From NCBI GenBank assembly GCA_036005065.1, contig DASYQW010000161.1, forward strand, positions 2,898 through 66,897: a stretch of DNA of 64,000 nucleotides, given 5' to 3'. The notes under the pieces are model-generated. The model made no database searches, was not told the origin of the DNA, and saw only the letters and a program-made list of their open reading frames with translations. This document shows, in pieces, positions 17,643 to 27,688 of this stretch. How positions within the stretch are numbered: position 1 is the stretch's first letter; every line of letters starts with the position of its first letter. This DNA comes from Candidatus Methylomirabilota bacterium (GTDB lineage: Bacteria > Methylomirabilota > Methylomirabilia > Rokubacteriales > DASRDR01). A program made the position numbers and the translations under genes.

Positions 17643-18877
17643 CCGGGTCCGCCCCGCCGCGCCGCGACGACGCCGTCGACCATGCCCGCCAGGAGCGCCG
17701 CGGCGCGGGCGGCCCCACCCGTATCGAGGCGGGCCGGGGCGGGAAGGTCCGGCGCGGCGAGCGCGGCCTCCATCGCGGCGGCGAGCCGGGCCGGGCCGAG
17801 CTCCGATTCCGGGACCACCGTGAGCCGCCCGCGGGCGGCGAGGAGTCGAGCCCGGAGCGGTTGCTCGTCACCGCTTCCCTCGAAGGGCACCACGACGGCC
17901 CGGACGCCGCTCTGGAGGACGTCGAGCACGGTGTTGTATCCCGCCTGGCTGATCGAGAGCGCAGCCCCGCGCAGGAGCGCCGGGAAGTCGTCGCGGAAGC
18001 GCTCCACGACGACCCCGGGCCGGCCCGCCTGGGGCGGAAGGGCGGCCGCCTCCGCGGCGAGCTCGGCCTGGACGTCGGCGGGCAGGTAGGGCCCGGTGAT
18101 GAGGCGCCAGGGCAGCGCGGCGGCCGCGGGAGCGAGGGCCCGTGCCGCCAGTGCCGCGCGGAAGAGCGGGCCCGCCACGCGCCCGCCGCCTCCCGACACC
18201 ACGACTTCGCCCCGGGGTGTCGCCTCGCCGGGCGGGGCGGGGTCCGGCACCACGTACCCCGTGTAAACCAGCCGGTCGGCCAGGGCGCCGGCCAGGCCGA
18301 AGGTGCGGTCGAGCGGGATCAGATCGGGACTCCCGTGCACGAGGACGCGGTCCACCCACTGCATGATCACGGCCACGACGCTCAGCTCGTACCACGACGG
18401 GTTCTTCTTGCTCACCACGATGTCGCGCACACTGACCGCCACTCGCGGAGCCGCGTCGCCGCGTCGAGCCCGATCGGCGGCGAGCTGGAGGAGCAGGGGG
18501 CCGAGCTCGAAGGCCAGGGCGTGACGACCGAAGGGGAACAGCTCGAGCAGCACGATCGCGGGATCGTGCCGGACGAGCAGCGCCAGGAGCGCCGCGCGCC
18601 GCTCGGCGAGGTACCGCGCGTCCGGCGGGCGCCCGTCGGGCCGCGCGATGGTGCTGGCCGCCTCGTCGGCGGCGGCGAGGGGCGGAAGCGCGACGGGCTC
18701 GACGCCGCCGAGCTCGAGGCCGGGCACCGGCAGGCCGCCGGTCACGAACAGGACGTGCTCGCCGCGCTTCGCGAGCGCGCGGGCGAGGAGGGCCGCCCGC
18801 TGCACGTGGCCGAGGCCCAGCAAGTGCTGACAGTGGAGAAGGATCGGCGGTCGCGCCACGGCGCCCCGGGCGGTCAC
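17639..18877 (-). CDS. Glycosyltransferase (MGT/GT28-like, GT-B fold)
   Basis: N-terminal CQHLLGLGHVQRAALLARAL motif, shared with the 21948..23228 paralogue (SFGLGHLRRCRAIAHAL). GTG start overlaps the histidine phosphatase stop. Confidence 0.65.
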   Translation of the reverse strand: MTARGAVARPPILLHCQHLLGLGHVQRAALLARALAKRGEHVLFVTGGLPVPGLELGGVEPVALPPLAAADEAASTIARPDGRPPDARYLAERRAALLALLVRHDPAIVLLELFPFGRHALAFELGPLLLQLAADRARRGDAAPRVAVSVRDIVVSKKNPSWYELSVVAVIMQWVDRVLVHGSPDLIPLDRTFGLAGALADRLVYTGYVVPDPAPPGEATPRGEVVVSGGGGRVAGPLFRAALAARALAPAAAALPWRLITGPYLPADVQAELAAEAAALPPQAGRPGVVVERFRDDFPALLRGAALSISQAGYNTVLDVLQSGVRAVVVPFEGSGDEQPLRARLLAARGRLTVVPESELGPARLAAAMEAALAAPDLPAPARLDTGGAARAAALLAGMVDGVVAARRGGPG

Positions 18878-19473
18878 AGCGGCGTGAGCGGCTCGTTGAG
18901 TGTCACGAGCTGAAGGTGGCCATCGCCTCGCCGTCGGATGCGGTGGAGCCGGTCAGGCAGCAGGCGGAGCGGAGCCGGCGGCCTCAGGTCCCAGCCGATC
19001 GCCGCGGCGAGGAGGGCTCGGATGACGCCGCCGTGGGTGACGGCGGCCCACGTCTCGTGGCCGCGGCCGGCCGCGATCTCGTCGAGCCACGCCCGGACGC
19101 GGGCGAGAACCTCCGCCGGCGACTCCCCGCCGGGCGGTCTCGCGTCCCACCCCCCGCCCTCCGTGAGCGCGTCGATCTCGTCGAAGCTTCGCCCGTGCCA
19201 CGCCCCGTAGTGCATCTCGATGAGCCGCGCGTCGCGCACCGGCTGGCTCGCGCCCAGCCGGGCGGCGGTCGCCAGGGCCCGCTGCAGCGGACTCACGGCC
19301 CAGGCGAGCCGGCCGTCCGCATGAAGCCGCGCCAGGTCGGCCGGGAGTCGCCAGCGCGCGACCTGCGCCTCGCCGTCGGCCGACAGCGGCGGGTCCGCGT
19401 GGCCCAGGATGCGCCGCTCGGCCGTCCACGTCGTGGCGGCGTGGCGGATGAGGGCCACGTGCGTCGACCTCAC
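18874..19473 (-). CDS. Histidine phosphatase superfamily protein (phosphoglycerate-mutase-like)
   Basis: RHG catalytic motif in VALIRHAATTW…GHADPPLSADGEAQ. I place the start at a GTG overlapping the upstream glycosyltransferase stop (GTGA). The ORF-track 386-aa form has a low-complexity N-terminal extension that overlaps the glycosyltransferase in another frame. Confidence 0.6.
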   Translation of the reverse strand: MRSTHVALIRHAATTWTAERRILGHADPPLSADGEAQVARWRLPADLARLHADGRLAWAVSPLQRALATAARLGASQPVRDARLIEMHYGAWHGRSFDEIDALTEGGGWDARPPGGESPAEVLARVRAWLDEIAAGRGHETWAAVTHGGVIRALLAAAIGWDLRPPAPLRLLPDRLHRIRRRGDGHLQLVTLNEPLTPL

Positions 19474-20666
19474 GCTGGGGAGCCTGCCGGCACGCGACTC
19501 CCCAGCGAAAGACGGGCGAGGCCGTCCCGGAGCCGCCGGGTCCACGCCTCCATCGTCCGCTCGGCGGCGACGAAGGCGCGAGCGGCGTGCCCCATCTCGC
19601 GGCACCGGGCCGGGTCGTCCAGGAGCTGGGCGATTCCCGCGGCATAGGCGGCGGGTGTCGCGTCGGTCAGGAGGCCGCCGCCTGGCGCCACCATGAAGTC
19701 CGGGCCGGGTCCCCGGCAGGCCACCACGGGCAGCCCGGCGGCCGCCGCCTCCAGGTAGACGAGCCCGAGGGCGTCCCCGATTCCGGGGAAGGCGAAGAGG
19801 TCCGCCCCGAGATAGACAGCCGGCAGCGCCGCGGGCTCGAGCGCGCCGAGGAGGCACACCCGGTCCGCCGGCACGGCGGCCAGGACCGCCTCCACCGCGC
19901 GGCGGGCCGGCCCGTCCCCCACGACGACGAGATGCCACCGGCGGCCGGCACTCTCGCGCGAGAGCTCGGCGAGCGCCGCGGCGAGGAGTCGGTACGAATC
20001 GAGCTTGTCCGCCTCGCGCATCATGGCGACACACAACACGAGCGGGCCCTCCGTGGCAGGGATCCGACGGGCCAGCGCCGCCCGATGCCGCGCCCGGACC
20101 GTCTCACTCGCCGCGAATCGCGCGAGGTCCACGGCCGGGGGCAAGAGCAGCAGCCGCTCGGCCGCGAACCGCGGACCCCGGATCGCCGCCAGCCGCGGCA
20201 CGTCGCGCGGGCTCATGGCGAAGATGAGGTCCGCTCGCCGGACGGCGAGCCGGGCGGCGCTCACCCACGGGCGGAAGGGTGTCCGGCGGCTCGACGTCGA
20301 GAGCGCGGTGTCGACCAGGATGTACGGGAGGGCGAGGGCCGTCGCCACGGGGGGCCCGAGGAGGTCCGGGCACCGGGCGTAGTTCTGGTAGGTCATCCAG
20401 CAGCAGGGCTGCGCCGCGTGCGGCCGCCGCCGGTAGCGACGCACGAGCTGGGCCGCGACGAGGGCGGCCCGCCGCTCCAGCCGCACGGCGTCGGCGGGCT
20501 CGAAGCGGCGCCGCCAGCTCAGGAGCCGGCTCGCCAGCTCGGGCGCGAGGTCGCAGGCGGTGAGGCCCGCCATCAGCGCCCGCGCGATCTCGCGGTCGCC
20601 GGAGGCCTCGCCCTCGAACGGGTGTTTGAGCGGCGCGTAGAAGGCCGCCCGCCGCGCGTTGCTCAC
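19470..20666 (-). CDS. Glycosyltransferase family 4 (GT-B, group 1)
   Basis: C-terminal GT1 domain (…LVVVGDGPARRAVEAV…LLGALEPAALPAVYLGADLFAFPG…EAAAAGLPVVACRG). GTG start (VSNARRAAFYAPLKHPFEGEA) overlaps the upstream stop. The ORF-track 640-aa form includes a spurious N-terminal extension. Confidence 0.7.
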   Translation of the reverse strand: MSNARRAAFYAPLKHPFEGEASGDREIARALMAGLTACDLAPELASRLLSWRRRFEPADAVRLERRAALVAAQLVRRYRRRPHAAQPCCWMTYQNYARCPDLLGPPVATALALPYILVDTALSTSSRRTPFRPWVSAARLAVRRADLIFAMSPRDVPRLAAIRGPRFAAERLLLLPPAVDLARFAASETVRARHRAALARRIPATEGPLVLCVAMMREADKLDSYRLLAAALAELSRESAGRRWHLVVVGDGPARRAVEAVLAAVPADRVCLLGALEPAALPAVYLGADLFAFPGIGDALGLVYLEAAAAGLPVVACRGPGPDFMVAPGGGLLTDATPAAYAAGIAQLLDDPARCREMGHAARAFVAAERTMEAWTRRLRDGLARLSLGSRVPAGSPA

Positions 20667-21979
20667 GGCACCGGGACGCGGGTCGACCGCACCGGGGCGT
20701 CCTCGAGCCAGGGACTCAGGAGCGCGGTGAGGCGCCCGACCCCGGCCTCGAGGTCCCAGCCCTCGGCGACCCGCCGAATGCCGGCCGCACCGAGCCGCCG
20801 GCGCGTGGCCGGATCGGCCGCGAGACGGGCGAGCGCCGAGGCCAGCGCCGCCGGGTCCTCGGGCGGCACCAGGACGCCGTTCAGGCCGTCCTCCACGATT
20901 TCGCCGACGGCCGCCGCGCGGGTGGCCACGACCGGGAGGCCCTGGGAGAGCGCCTCCACCACGACGTTGGGCAACCCGTCTCGGTCGCCGTCCGCCGCGA
21001 CCCGCGGGGCGAGGACGAAGAGATCGCTCGTGCGGTAGAGCGCCCGGACGGCCGGATGGTCGAGCTGACCGAGCCAGCGGACGCGCGCCTCCAGGCCGAG
21101 GGCGCTCGTGAGGGACCGGAGGCTGGACTCGGCCGGCCCGTAGCCGACGAGCGTGAGGACCGCGTGCCCCGGCAGGCGAGCCAGGGCGCGCAGCACCAGG
21201 TCGAAGCCCTTCTTGGGCTGCAGCCGACCCACGGCGAGCAGCCGCACCGGGTCGTTCGCGTCGCGGCCGTCCCGCGGCGAGCCGAAGGTCGCCGGGGGCG
21301 CGAAGAAGGCGCGGTCGAGGCCGTGGTAGACGAGATCGACGCGCGCCTGGGGCATGAGGCGCCGGAGGTACTCCCGGTTCTCCGCGGTGCACGTCACGCA
21401 GAAGCGTGCCCCGGCGAGCTTCGCGCGGAGCTCCCAGGCCGGTCGCGTCCAGATGTCCTTGGCGTGGGCCGAGAGGCTGTAGGTGAGCCCGGCCATGGCC
21501 GCGGCGTACCGCGCCACCGAGGCCGGTGTGTGGAGGAAGTGCACGTGCATGTGGCGGGCCTCCGGCCAGAGCTCGGCGGCGAGGACTCCCGCCTGACCGA
21601 AGCGGCGCCCGCGGTTCGGTGTCGGGTCACGCGCGAGGTCGGAGAGCCAGAGGCGGAGGCTCCGGAGGTACCGCCCGGGGGCCCGTCGAAAGGCCTGCAG
21701 GTGGCCGCGCAGGACCCGCCGCGGGTCCTCGATCAGGTACTCGGGCAGGTAGAGGACCGGAGCCCGCACCTCGGCGTGGACCGGTTGGGTGATCCGGTCA
21801 TAGGGGCGGCGCAGCGAGACGATCGCCAGGGCGAACCCCCGGCGCTCGAGGGCGGCCAGCTCCTGCGCGACGAAGGTCTCGGAAACCCGCGGATAGCCCT
21901 TGACCACGACGACCAGCGGAGGGCGCGGCCCGAGGGCATCCCGTCGCTCAGACGACGGCGCGGCGCCACTCCTGTCCAT
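20663..21979 (-). CDS. Glycosyltransferase family 4 (GT-B, group 1)
   Basis: LVVVVKGYPRVSETFVAQE … GT1 C-terminal domain (EALSQGLPVVATRAAAVGEIVEDGLNGVLVPPEDPAALASAL). The annotated start overlaps the upstream gene by 32 bp, so the true start may be further downstream. Confidence 0.7.
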   Translation of the reverse strand: MDRSGAAPSSERRDALGPRPPLVVVVKGYPRVSETFVAQELAALERRGFALAIVSLRRPYDRITQPVHAEVRAPVLYLPEYLIEDPRRVLRGHLQAFRRAPGRYLRSLRLWLSDLARDPTPNRGRRFGQAGVLAAELWPEARHMHVHFLHTPASVARYAAAMAGLTYSLSAHAKDIWTRPAWELRAKLAGARFCVTCTAENREYLRRLMPQARVDLVYHGLDRAFFAPPATFGSPRDGRDANDPVRLLAVGRLQPKKGFDLVLRALARLPGHAVLTLVGYGPAESSLRSLTSALGLEARVRWLGQLDHPAVRALYRTSDLFVLAPRVAADGDRDGLPNVVVEALSQGLPVVATRAAAVGEIVEDGLNGVLVPPEDPAALASALARLAADPATRRRLGAAGIRRVAEGWDLEAGVGRLTALLSPWLEDAPVRSTRVPVP

Positions 21980-23228
21980 TCATCCGCCAGCGAGCGACCG
22001 TGGCATTGATCTGCTTGAGCCCGTTCAGCAAGCCGGGGATGCGGTGGCTGGCCGGGAGCGGCTGCTCCGGCAGATGGACGAGGGCCTCGGCGAGCGACTC
22101 GGGTGTGAGCCGATCGGGGTGGAGCATCTGGACGAGCCCGAGCTCGCGCGCCGCCTCGGCGCGGAGCAGCTGCTCGGCGCGAGGCGTGACACGGGGAACG
22201 ATCAGGGTCCGCTTGTTCAGCGAGAGCACCTCGCAGAACGTGTTGTAGCCGCCCAGGCAGACCACGGCGGCCGCCTTCTCCATCAGGTTCTCGAGGTGCT
22301 CGTGGAAGGTGAGGGTCATCACCCCGGGGAGCCGCGCAGCCCGCCGCTCGAAGGCGGCTCGCTGGCGGGTCGGCAGGAACGGGCCGTAGACGACCAGCGC
22401 CCGCCAGGGCAGTCGCCCGTCGAAGCGCTCGTAGGCGGCCAGGGTCGTGTCCACGAGGTCGGCGCCGTCCCCGCCGCCTCCCGGCGTGACGAGCACGAAG
22501 GGTCCCTTGTCGAGGGCCGCCGCCACGTCGGGGGGCAGGTACGCCTCGGGCTGGGGCTCGCGCTGGAGGTACCCCGTGAAGACGGTCTTGGCCGCCACGT
22601 CCGCCGGAAGCCCGTAGGCGCTGACTGGATCGTAGATCTGAGGGAGGCCATAGACCCAGATGTGGTCGTAGAGACGTTTGAGGGCGGGCATGACGCGCTT
22701 GCGCCGCCACTCCCGGGCCAGGAGGTCCGGGTCGTCCATGATGTCGCGGAGCCCCAGCACGAGGCGACAGCCGCCCCGCCGCTTGAGCAGCCGAAGGGTC
22801 TTGGCGACCTCGCCCAGGAGGCCCAGCGGCTCCTTGTCCACCAGGAAGAGGTGCGGGTCGAAGACCTGGGCGGTGTGCTCGATGATCGAGCCCCGGAGGG
22901 CGAGGGTGTGCTCGATGTCGACGTCCAGGCTCAAGCTCGTGTATTCCCCGTTTCGAAGCTTGATGATGCCTGGAACCCGGACGAAGTCCACCCGTGCCCG
23001 GAAGCTGAAGCGCCCGATGATCGGCGAGCCGCTGAGGATGAGGACGTTGAGCTTCTTGTGATGGCCCACCAGGGCGTGCGCGATGGCCCGGCAGCGCCGC
23101 AGGTGGCCGAGTCCGAAGGAGTCGTGGCTATAAATGAGGACGCGGTAGCTGGACCCCCGCGCGGCCGGCTCCGGCCGATGGCGGCCCCCATCCTCCGGCG
23201 CTCCGGCATTCGAGCGTGATGGCATCAC
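21948..23228 (-). CDS. Glycosyltransferase (MGT/GT28-like), first gene of the glycoconjugate cluster
   Basis: YSHDSFGLGHLRRCRAIAHAL N-terminal motif and a GT-B C-terminal half (VVCLGGYNTFCEVLS). Confidence 0.7.
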   Translation of the reverse strand: MMPSRSNAGAPEDGGRHRPEPAARGSSYRVLIYSHDSFGLGHLRRCRAIAHALVGHHKKLNVLILSGSPIIGRFSFRARVDFVRVPGIIKLRNGEYTSLSLDVDIEHTLALRGSIIEHTAQVFDPHLFLVDKEPLGLLGEVAKTLRLLKRRGGCRLVLGLRDIMDDPDLLAREWRRKRVMPALKRLYDHIWVYGLPQIYDPVSAYGLPADVAAKTVFTGYLQREPQPEAYLPPDVAAALDKGPFVLVTPGGGGDGADLVDTTLAAYERFDGRLPWRALVVYGPFLPTRQRAAFERRAARLPGVMTLTFHEHLENLMEKAAAVVCLGGYNTFCEVLSLNKRTLIVPRVTPRAEQLLRAEAARELGLVQMLHPDRLTPESLAEALVHLPEQPLPASHRIPGLLNGLKQINATVARWRMNGQEWRRAVV

Positions 23229-23587
23229 CCTCGCCCCGTCCTCCCTGTCCCCGCGACCCGTCGAGGGGGCCTCACGGGCCCCGAGGCGGACGACGGCCAG
23301 GGCCGACCGTCCCGCGAGGCCCCGACGGAAGCCCCCCGCATTTGCCTGCCTCCACGAGTCGTGCGGATGGTAGGATCGTATGCCGTATCACGATGGTCGA
23401 CAAGCGAGCGTCCGCGCCCTCCCCAGAGGGGCGCGAGCCCGTGGCGCCGGGCCGCGAGTCTCGAGTGGGCTCGGGACCCCGCCTACTATGTCACAAACCG
23501 AAGGGCAACAGAAGAGCCTGGCCAGGGGCGGTCGTGCCCGGGTCCGGGGGCCTTTCCTGAGGAACGGAGGAGTGGTACATCTCCCCC

Positions 23588-24601
23588 ATGGCTGAGCCTC
23601 TCCTCCGGGTCGAGGATCTGCGGACTTACATCTACCTGGATGAAGGGGTGGTCCGGGCCGTCAACGGGGTCTCCTTCACCTTGGACCGTGGTCAGACCAT
23701 GGCCATCGTGGGAGAGTCGGGCTCCGGCAAGACCGTGGTCGCCCAGTCGATCCTGCGCATCCTCCCCGACCGGGCCCGGATCGAGGGGGGGCGGGTCCTC
23801 TTTTCGGCGGACGGGAGCCCCCCGCTGGACCTGGTCGGGCTTCCCGCCAACGGGAAGGCGATGCGGGAGATCCGGGGGGGGTCCATCGCCATGGTCTTCC
23901 AGGAGCCCATGACGTCCTTCTCCCCGGTCCACACGATCGGCAACCAGATCGGGGAGGCGGTGCGCCTCCACCGGGGGGCCAGCCGGGCCGAGGCGCGGGC
24001 GGTCGCCATCGAGACGCTCCGAGCCGTGGGGTTTCCGGAGCCCGAGCGGAAGGTCGACAGCTACCCCTTCGAGCTCTCCGGGGGGCTGCGCCAGCGGGCC
24101 ATGATCGCCATGGCCCTGGCCTGCCGGCCGGCCCTGCTGATCGCCGACGAGCCGACCTCCGCGCTCGACGTCACGATCCAGGCCCAGATCCTGGACCTCT
24201 TGCTGGCGCTGCAGAAGGAGTCGGGGATGGGCCTCCTGCTCATCACCCATGACCCCGGCGTGGTGGCCTACGTCGCCGATCTCGTCACCGTGATGTACTG
24301 TGGCAAGATCATGGAGACGGGTCCCGTCAGCACCCTGTTCGACAATCCCCGGCACCCGTACCTCCAGGCCCTGCTCCGGAGCACGCCTCACTTCGGGATC
24401 CCCGAGGGGGAACGGCTCGAGGCGATCGCCGGGACCGTGCCCGACCCACTCTCGATGATCCGGGGCTGCCCGTTCCTCTCGCGGTGTCCCGAAGGGGAAC
24501 CGGAGCTGTGTGGGCGGACGATGCCGGCGCTCACGCCCCTGGCGCCGGACCATCACGTGGCCTGCTACAAGCGGGGGTCGCCGCCGGAGGCGGAAGCGTG
24601 A
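23588..24601 (+). CDS. Oligo/dipeptide ABC transporter ATP-binding protein (OppD/DppD-like)
   Basis: Walker [17 protein letters not shown] signature, and a C-terminal oligopeptide-transporter extension with Cys residues ([15 protein letters not shown]). Confidence 0.85.
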   Translation: MAEPLLRVEDLRTYIYLDEGVVRAVNGVSFTLDRGQTMAIVGESGSGKTVVAQSILRILPDRARIEGGRVLFSADGSPPLDLVGLPANGKAMREIRGGSIAMVFQEPMTSFSPVHTIGNQIGEAVRLHRGASRAEARAVAIETLRAVGFPEPERKVDSYPFELSGGLRQRAMIAMALACRPALLIADEPTSALDVTIQAQILDLLLALQKESGMGLLLITHDPGVVAYVADLVTVMYCGKIMETGPVSTLFDNPRHPYLQALLRSTPHFGIPEGERLEAIAGTVPDPLSMIRGCPFLSRCPEGEPELCGRTMPALTPLAPDHHVACYKRGSPPEAEA

Positions 24602-24650
24602 GGGGGCTCGGGCCGCGGCCCGTCGCCTCTCGGCGTCCGCAGGTGTCCCG

Positions 24651-25760
24651 GTGACCCGGAACGGCGGCGGGCGCGCGACGGTCGAGGCGGGGCAGACCCC
24701 CGCGCGCCCTTCTTCGCCCGGGCCGCTCCTGACCGTGCATGATCTCACCAAGCACTTTGCCCTCTACCAGCCCTGGCTGCTGGGCCTCGCCCGCCGGCGG
24801 GTCGGGACGGTCAAGGCGGTGGAAGAGGTGAGTTTCGCGCTCCAGCGCGGGGAGACCCTGGGGCTGGTGGGTGAGTCCGGCTGCGGGAAGACCACGACCG
24901 CCCGGCTCATCCTGCGCGCGATCCGGCCCACCCGGGGCGAGATCCTCTTCAATCTCGACGGCAACGTGGTGCGGGTAGACCAGCTCGAGGGCAAGGCGCT
25001 GCGGGCCTTGCGCCGGCACATCCAGCTGATCTTTCAGGACCCCTTCTCCTCGCTCAATCCGCGCATGCCGGCCGGGGAGATCATCGCCGAGCCGTTGAAG
25101 CTCCATCAGGCCGGGTCCCCGGCCCAGATCACCGAGCGGGTGAAGGCGCTCATGGCGATGGTCGGGCTCGACGTCCAGTATCTCCGCCGTTACCCGCACT
25201 CCTTCTCGGGCGGCCAGCGCCAGCGGATCGGCATCGCGCGGGCGCTGGCCCTGAACCCCGAGCTGATCGTCTGCGACGAACCGGTGTCCGCCCTCGACGT
25301 GTCGATCCAGGCCCAGGTGCTGAACCTCCTCAAGGATCTCCAGGCCGAGCTCGGCCTGACCTATCTCTTCATCTCGCACAACCTCGCCGTCGTGGACTAT
25401 GTGGCCGATCGCGTCGCCGTGATGTATTCGGGGCGGATCGTCGAGCTGGCCGGCAAGCGCGAGCTCTTCGCGCGCCCCCGGCATCCGTACACCGAGGCTC
25501 TGCTGGCCGCCGTCCTCCAACCCGACCCGAAGCTCCGCCCCGACCACGCGGCCCTGGGGGATGGCCAGGTGATCGAGGCCCCGGTGGAGGGGTGCCCCCT
25601 CGCCCCCCGGTGCCGCTACGCCGTCGAGCGGTGCCAGATCGAGGATCCGCCACTCCGCGAGGTCGAGCCGGATCACTGGGTCCGGTGCCATCGGGTCGAC
25701 GAGATCCGGCTCGCGCCGCTCCTGAGGCGGCCCCGTCTCACGCAGGAGAAATCGGCATGA
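24651..25760 (+). CDS. Oligo/dipeptide ABC transporter ATP-binding protein (OppF/DppF-like)
   Basis: GESGCGKTT, FSGGQRQRIGIARAL, LIVCDEPVSALD, and a C-terminal CPLAPRCRYAVERC. Start uncertain: GTG 24651 (alternative GTG 24735), no ATG available. Confidence 0.8.
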   Translation: MTRNGGGRATVEAGQTPARPSSPGPLLTVHDLTKHFALYQPWLLGLARRRVGTVKAVEEVSFALQRGETLGLVGESGCGKTTTARLILRAIRPTRGEILFNLDGNVVRVDQLEGKALRALRRHIQLIFQDPFSSLNPRMPAGEIIAEPLKLHQAGSPAQITERVKALMAMVGLDVQYLRRYPHSFSGGQRQRIGIARALALNPELIVCDEPVSALDVSIQAQVLNLLKDLQAELGLTYLFISHNLAVVDYVADRVAVMYSGRIVELAGKRELFARPRHPYTEALLAAVLQPDPKLRPDHAALGDGQVIEAPVEGCPLAPRCRYAVERCQIEDPPLREVEPDHWVRCHRVDEIRLAPLLRRPRLTQEKSA

Positions 25761-27661
25761 TCGAGCGAAGGCTGGGGTGGTTCATCGGGCTGGTCGGAGT
25801 CGGGCTGGCCGCGGCCGCCGCGGCCGCCCCCGGGAGCGCCCCTCCCGAGCCGCCCTCCCTGGCGGCCCGCGCGGCATCGGGCGAGCTCCCGCCGCTCGCC
25901 CGGCGGCTGCCGGAGCATCCGATGGTGGTGACGACGGCGGCGGAAGCCGCCTATGGCGGCGAGCTGCGGACGCTCATCGGGACGCCCAAGGACCTGAAGC
26001 TCGCCTTCGTCTACGGCTACGCCCGCCTGGTCCGGTTCAATCACCGCTATCAGATCGTTCCCGACATCGCCGAGCGGGTCGACGTGGCGGAGGGGCGCAC
26101 GTTCACGTTCCACCTGCGCAAGGGGCACCGCTGGTCGGACGGGACGCCGTTCACCAGCGCCGATTTCCAGTACTGGTGGGAGCACGTCGCCAACAACAAG
26201 GAGCTGTCCCCCGGGGGGCCGCCGGCGCTTCTCCTGGTGGATGGGGAGTTGCCGCGCGTGGAGTTCCCGGACGCGCAGACCGTGCGGTTCAGCTGGTCCA
26301 AGCCCAACAACCTCTTCCTGCTGGACCAGGCCGGCGCGGCGCCGACGATCCTCTATCGGCCGGCCCACTACCTCAAGCGGTTCCACAAGGCCTTCGCCGA
26401 CGCCGAGAAGCTGGCCGCGCAGGCCAAGCAGGAGCGGCGGCGGAGCTGGGCCGGGCTCCACAACGCGCGCGACGCCCTCTACGTGATGGACAATCCCGAG
26501 CTGCCGACCCTCCAGCCGTGGAAGCCCACGGTGGCGCCGCCCGCCGAGGTGTTCCACGCCGAGCGCAACCCCTACTTCCACCGGGTCGACCAGCGCGGGC
26601 GGCAGCTCCCGTACATCGACCGCCTCAAGATGATCCTGGCCGACAAGGCGGTCATCCCGGTCAAGGCGTCCACGGGGGAAACCGACCTTCAGGCGCGCTA
26701 CCTGACGTTCGACCAGTACACGTTTCTCAAGCGGAACGAGCAGCAGGCTGGCTATCGGGTGTACCTCTGGTCGACGGCCGCCAGCGCCGCCGTCGCCCTC
26801 TACCCGAACCTCACGACCGGCGACCCCGTGATGCGGAAGCTGCTCCAGGACCGGCGCTTCCGTCAGGCGCTGTCCCTGGGCATCGATCGGGAGGAGATCA
26901 ACAAGATCCTCTACTACGGCTTCGGCACCATCGGCCAGAACACCGTCCTCCGGAGCCCGGCCTCCCACGAGGACACTCGCATGGCCTACGCCCGGTTCGA
27001 TCCCGCCCAGGCCAACCGGCTCCTCGACGAGCTGGGGCTCAAGGGGCGCGACGCGAAGGGTTTCCGGCTGCGCCCCGACGGCCAGCGCCTGGACGTCATC
27101 GTGGAGACCGCGGGCGAGTCCACCGAGCAGACCGACGTGCTGGAGCTGGTGGCGGACACCTGGGCCCAGCTCGGCGTCGAGCTCCTGATCCGGCCGACTC
27201 AACGGGAGATTTTCCGGCGCCGGGTCTTCTCCGGCGAGGCGATGATGAGCATCAGCAACAGCGACCTGTTCGGGCTCCCCACGCCCGACATGAGCCCGAG
27301 CTGGCTGGCGCCCGTGGCCGAGGAGCAGCTCCAGTGGAGCCGCTGGGGCGTGTATTTCGAGACGAAGGGCAAGCGCGGGGAGGCTCCCGAGCTGCCGTCG
27401 GCCCGCCGGCTGGTCGAGCTGTACCGGCGGTGGCTCGTCTCGACCGAGCGCGCCGAGCGGGAGCGGGTCTGGGGCGAGATGCTCGACATCAACGCGGAAG
27501 AGGTGTTCACGATCGGGATCCTGGGGGGCACCCTCCAGCCGGTCGTCGTGGCCAACGGCCTCCGCGGCGTGCCGGAGAAGGGCATCTACGCCTGGGACCC
27601 CGGCGCCCACTTCGGGATCCACAGCCCGGACACGTTCTACTGGCAGGGGGGCCGTCCGTGA
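25757..27661 (+). CDS. ABC transporter substrate-binding protein, family 5 (peptide/nickel type), 634 aa
   Basis: Signal peptide, then an SBP_bac_5-like sequence. ATG overlaps the preceding stop (ATGA) and has an AGGAGAA RBS. Confidence 0.85.
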   Translation: MIERRLGWFIGLVGVGLAAAAAAAPGSAPPEPPSLAARAASGELPPLARRLPEHPMVVTTAAEAAYGGELRTLIGTPKDLKLAFVYGYARLVRFNHRYQIVPDIAERVDVAEGRTFTFHLRKGHRWSDGTPFTSADFQYWWEHVANNKELSPGGPPALLLVDGELPRVEFPDAQTVRFSWSKPNNLFLLDQAGAAPTILYRPAHYLKRFHKAFADAEKLAAQAKQERRRSWAGLHNARDALYVMDNPELPTLQPWKPTVAPPAEVFHAERNPYFHRVDQRGRQLPYIDRLKMILADKAVIPVKASTGETDLQARYLTFDQYTFLKRNEQQAGYRVYLWSTAASAAVALYPNLTTGDPVMRKLLQDRRFRQALSLGIDREEINKILYYGFGTIGQNTVLRSPASHEDTRMAYARFDPAQANRLLDELGLKGRDAKGFRLRPDGQRLDVIVETAGESTEQTDVLELVADTWAQLGVELLIRPTQREIFRRRVFSGEAMMSISNSDLFGLPTPDMSPSWLAPVAEEQLQWSRWGVYFETKGKRGEAPELPSARRLVELYRRWLVSTERAERERVWGEMLDINAEEVFTIGILGGTLQPVVVANGLRGVPEKGIYAWDPGAHFGIHSPDTFYWQGGRP

Positions 27662-27688
27662 CCACGCCGGTCCCGGGGTAGGCCGGCC

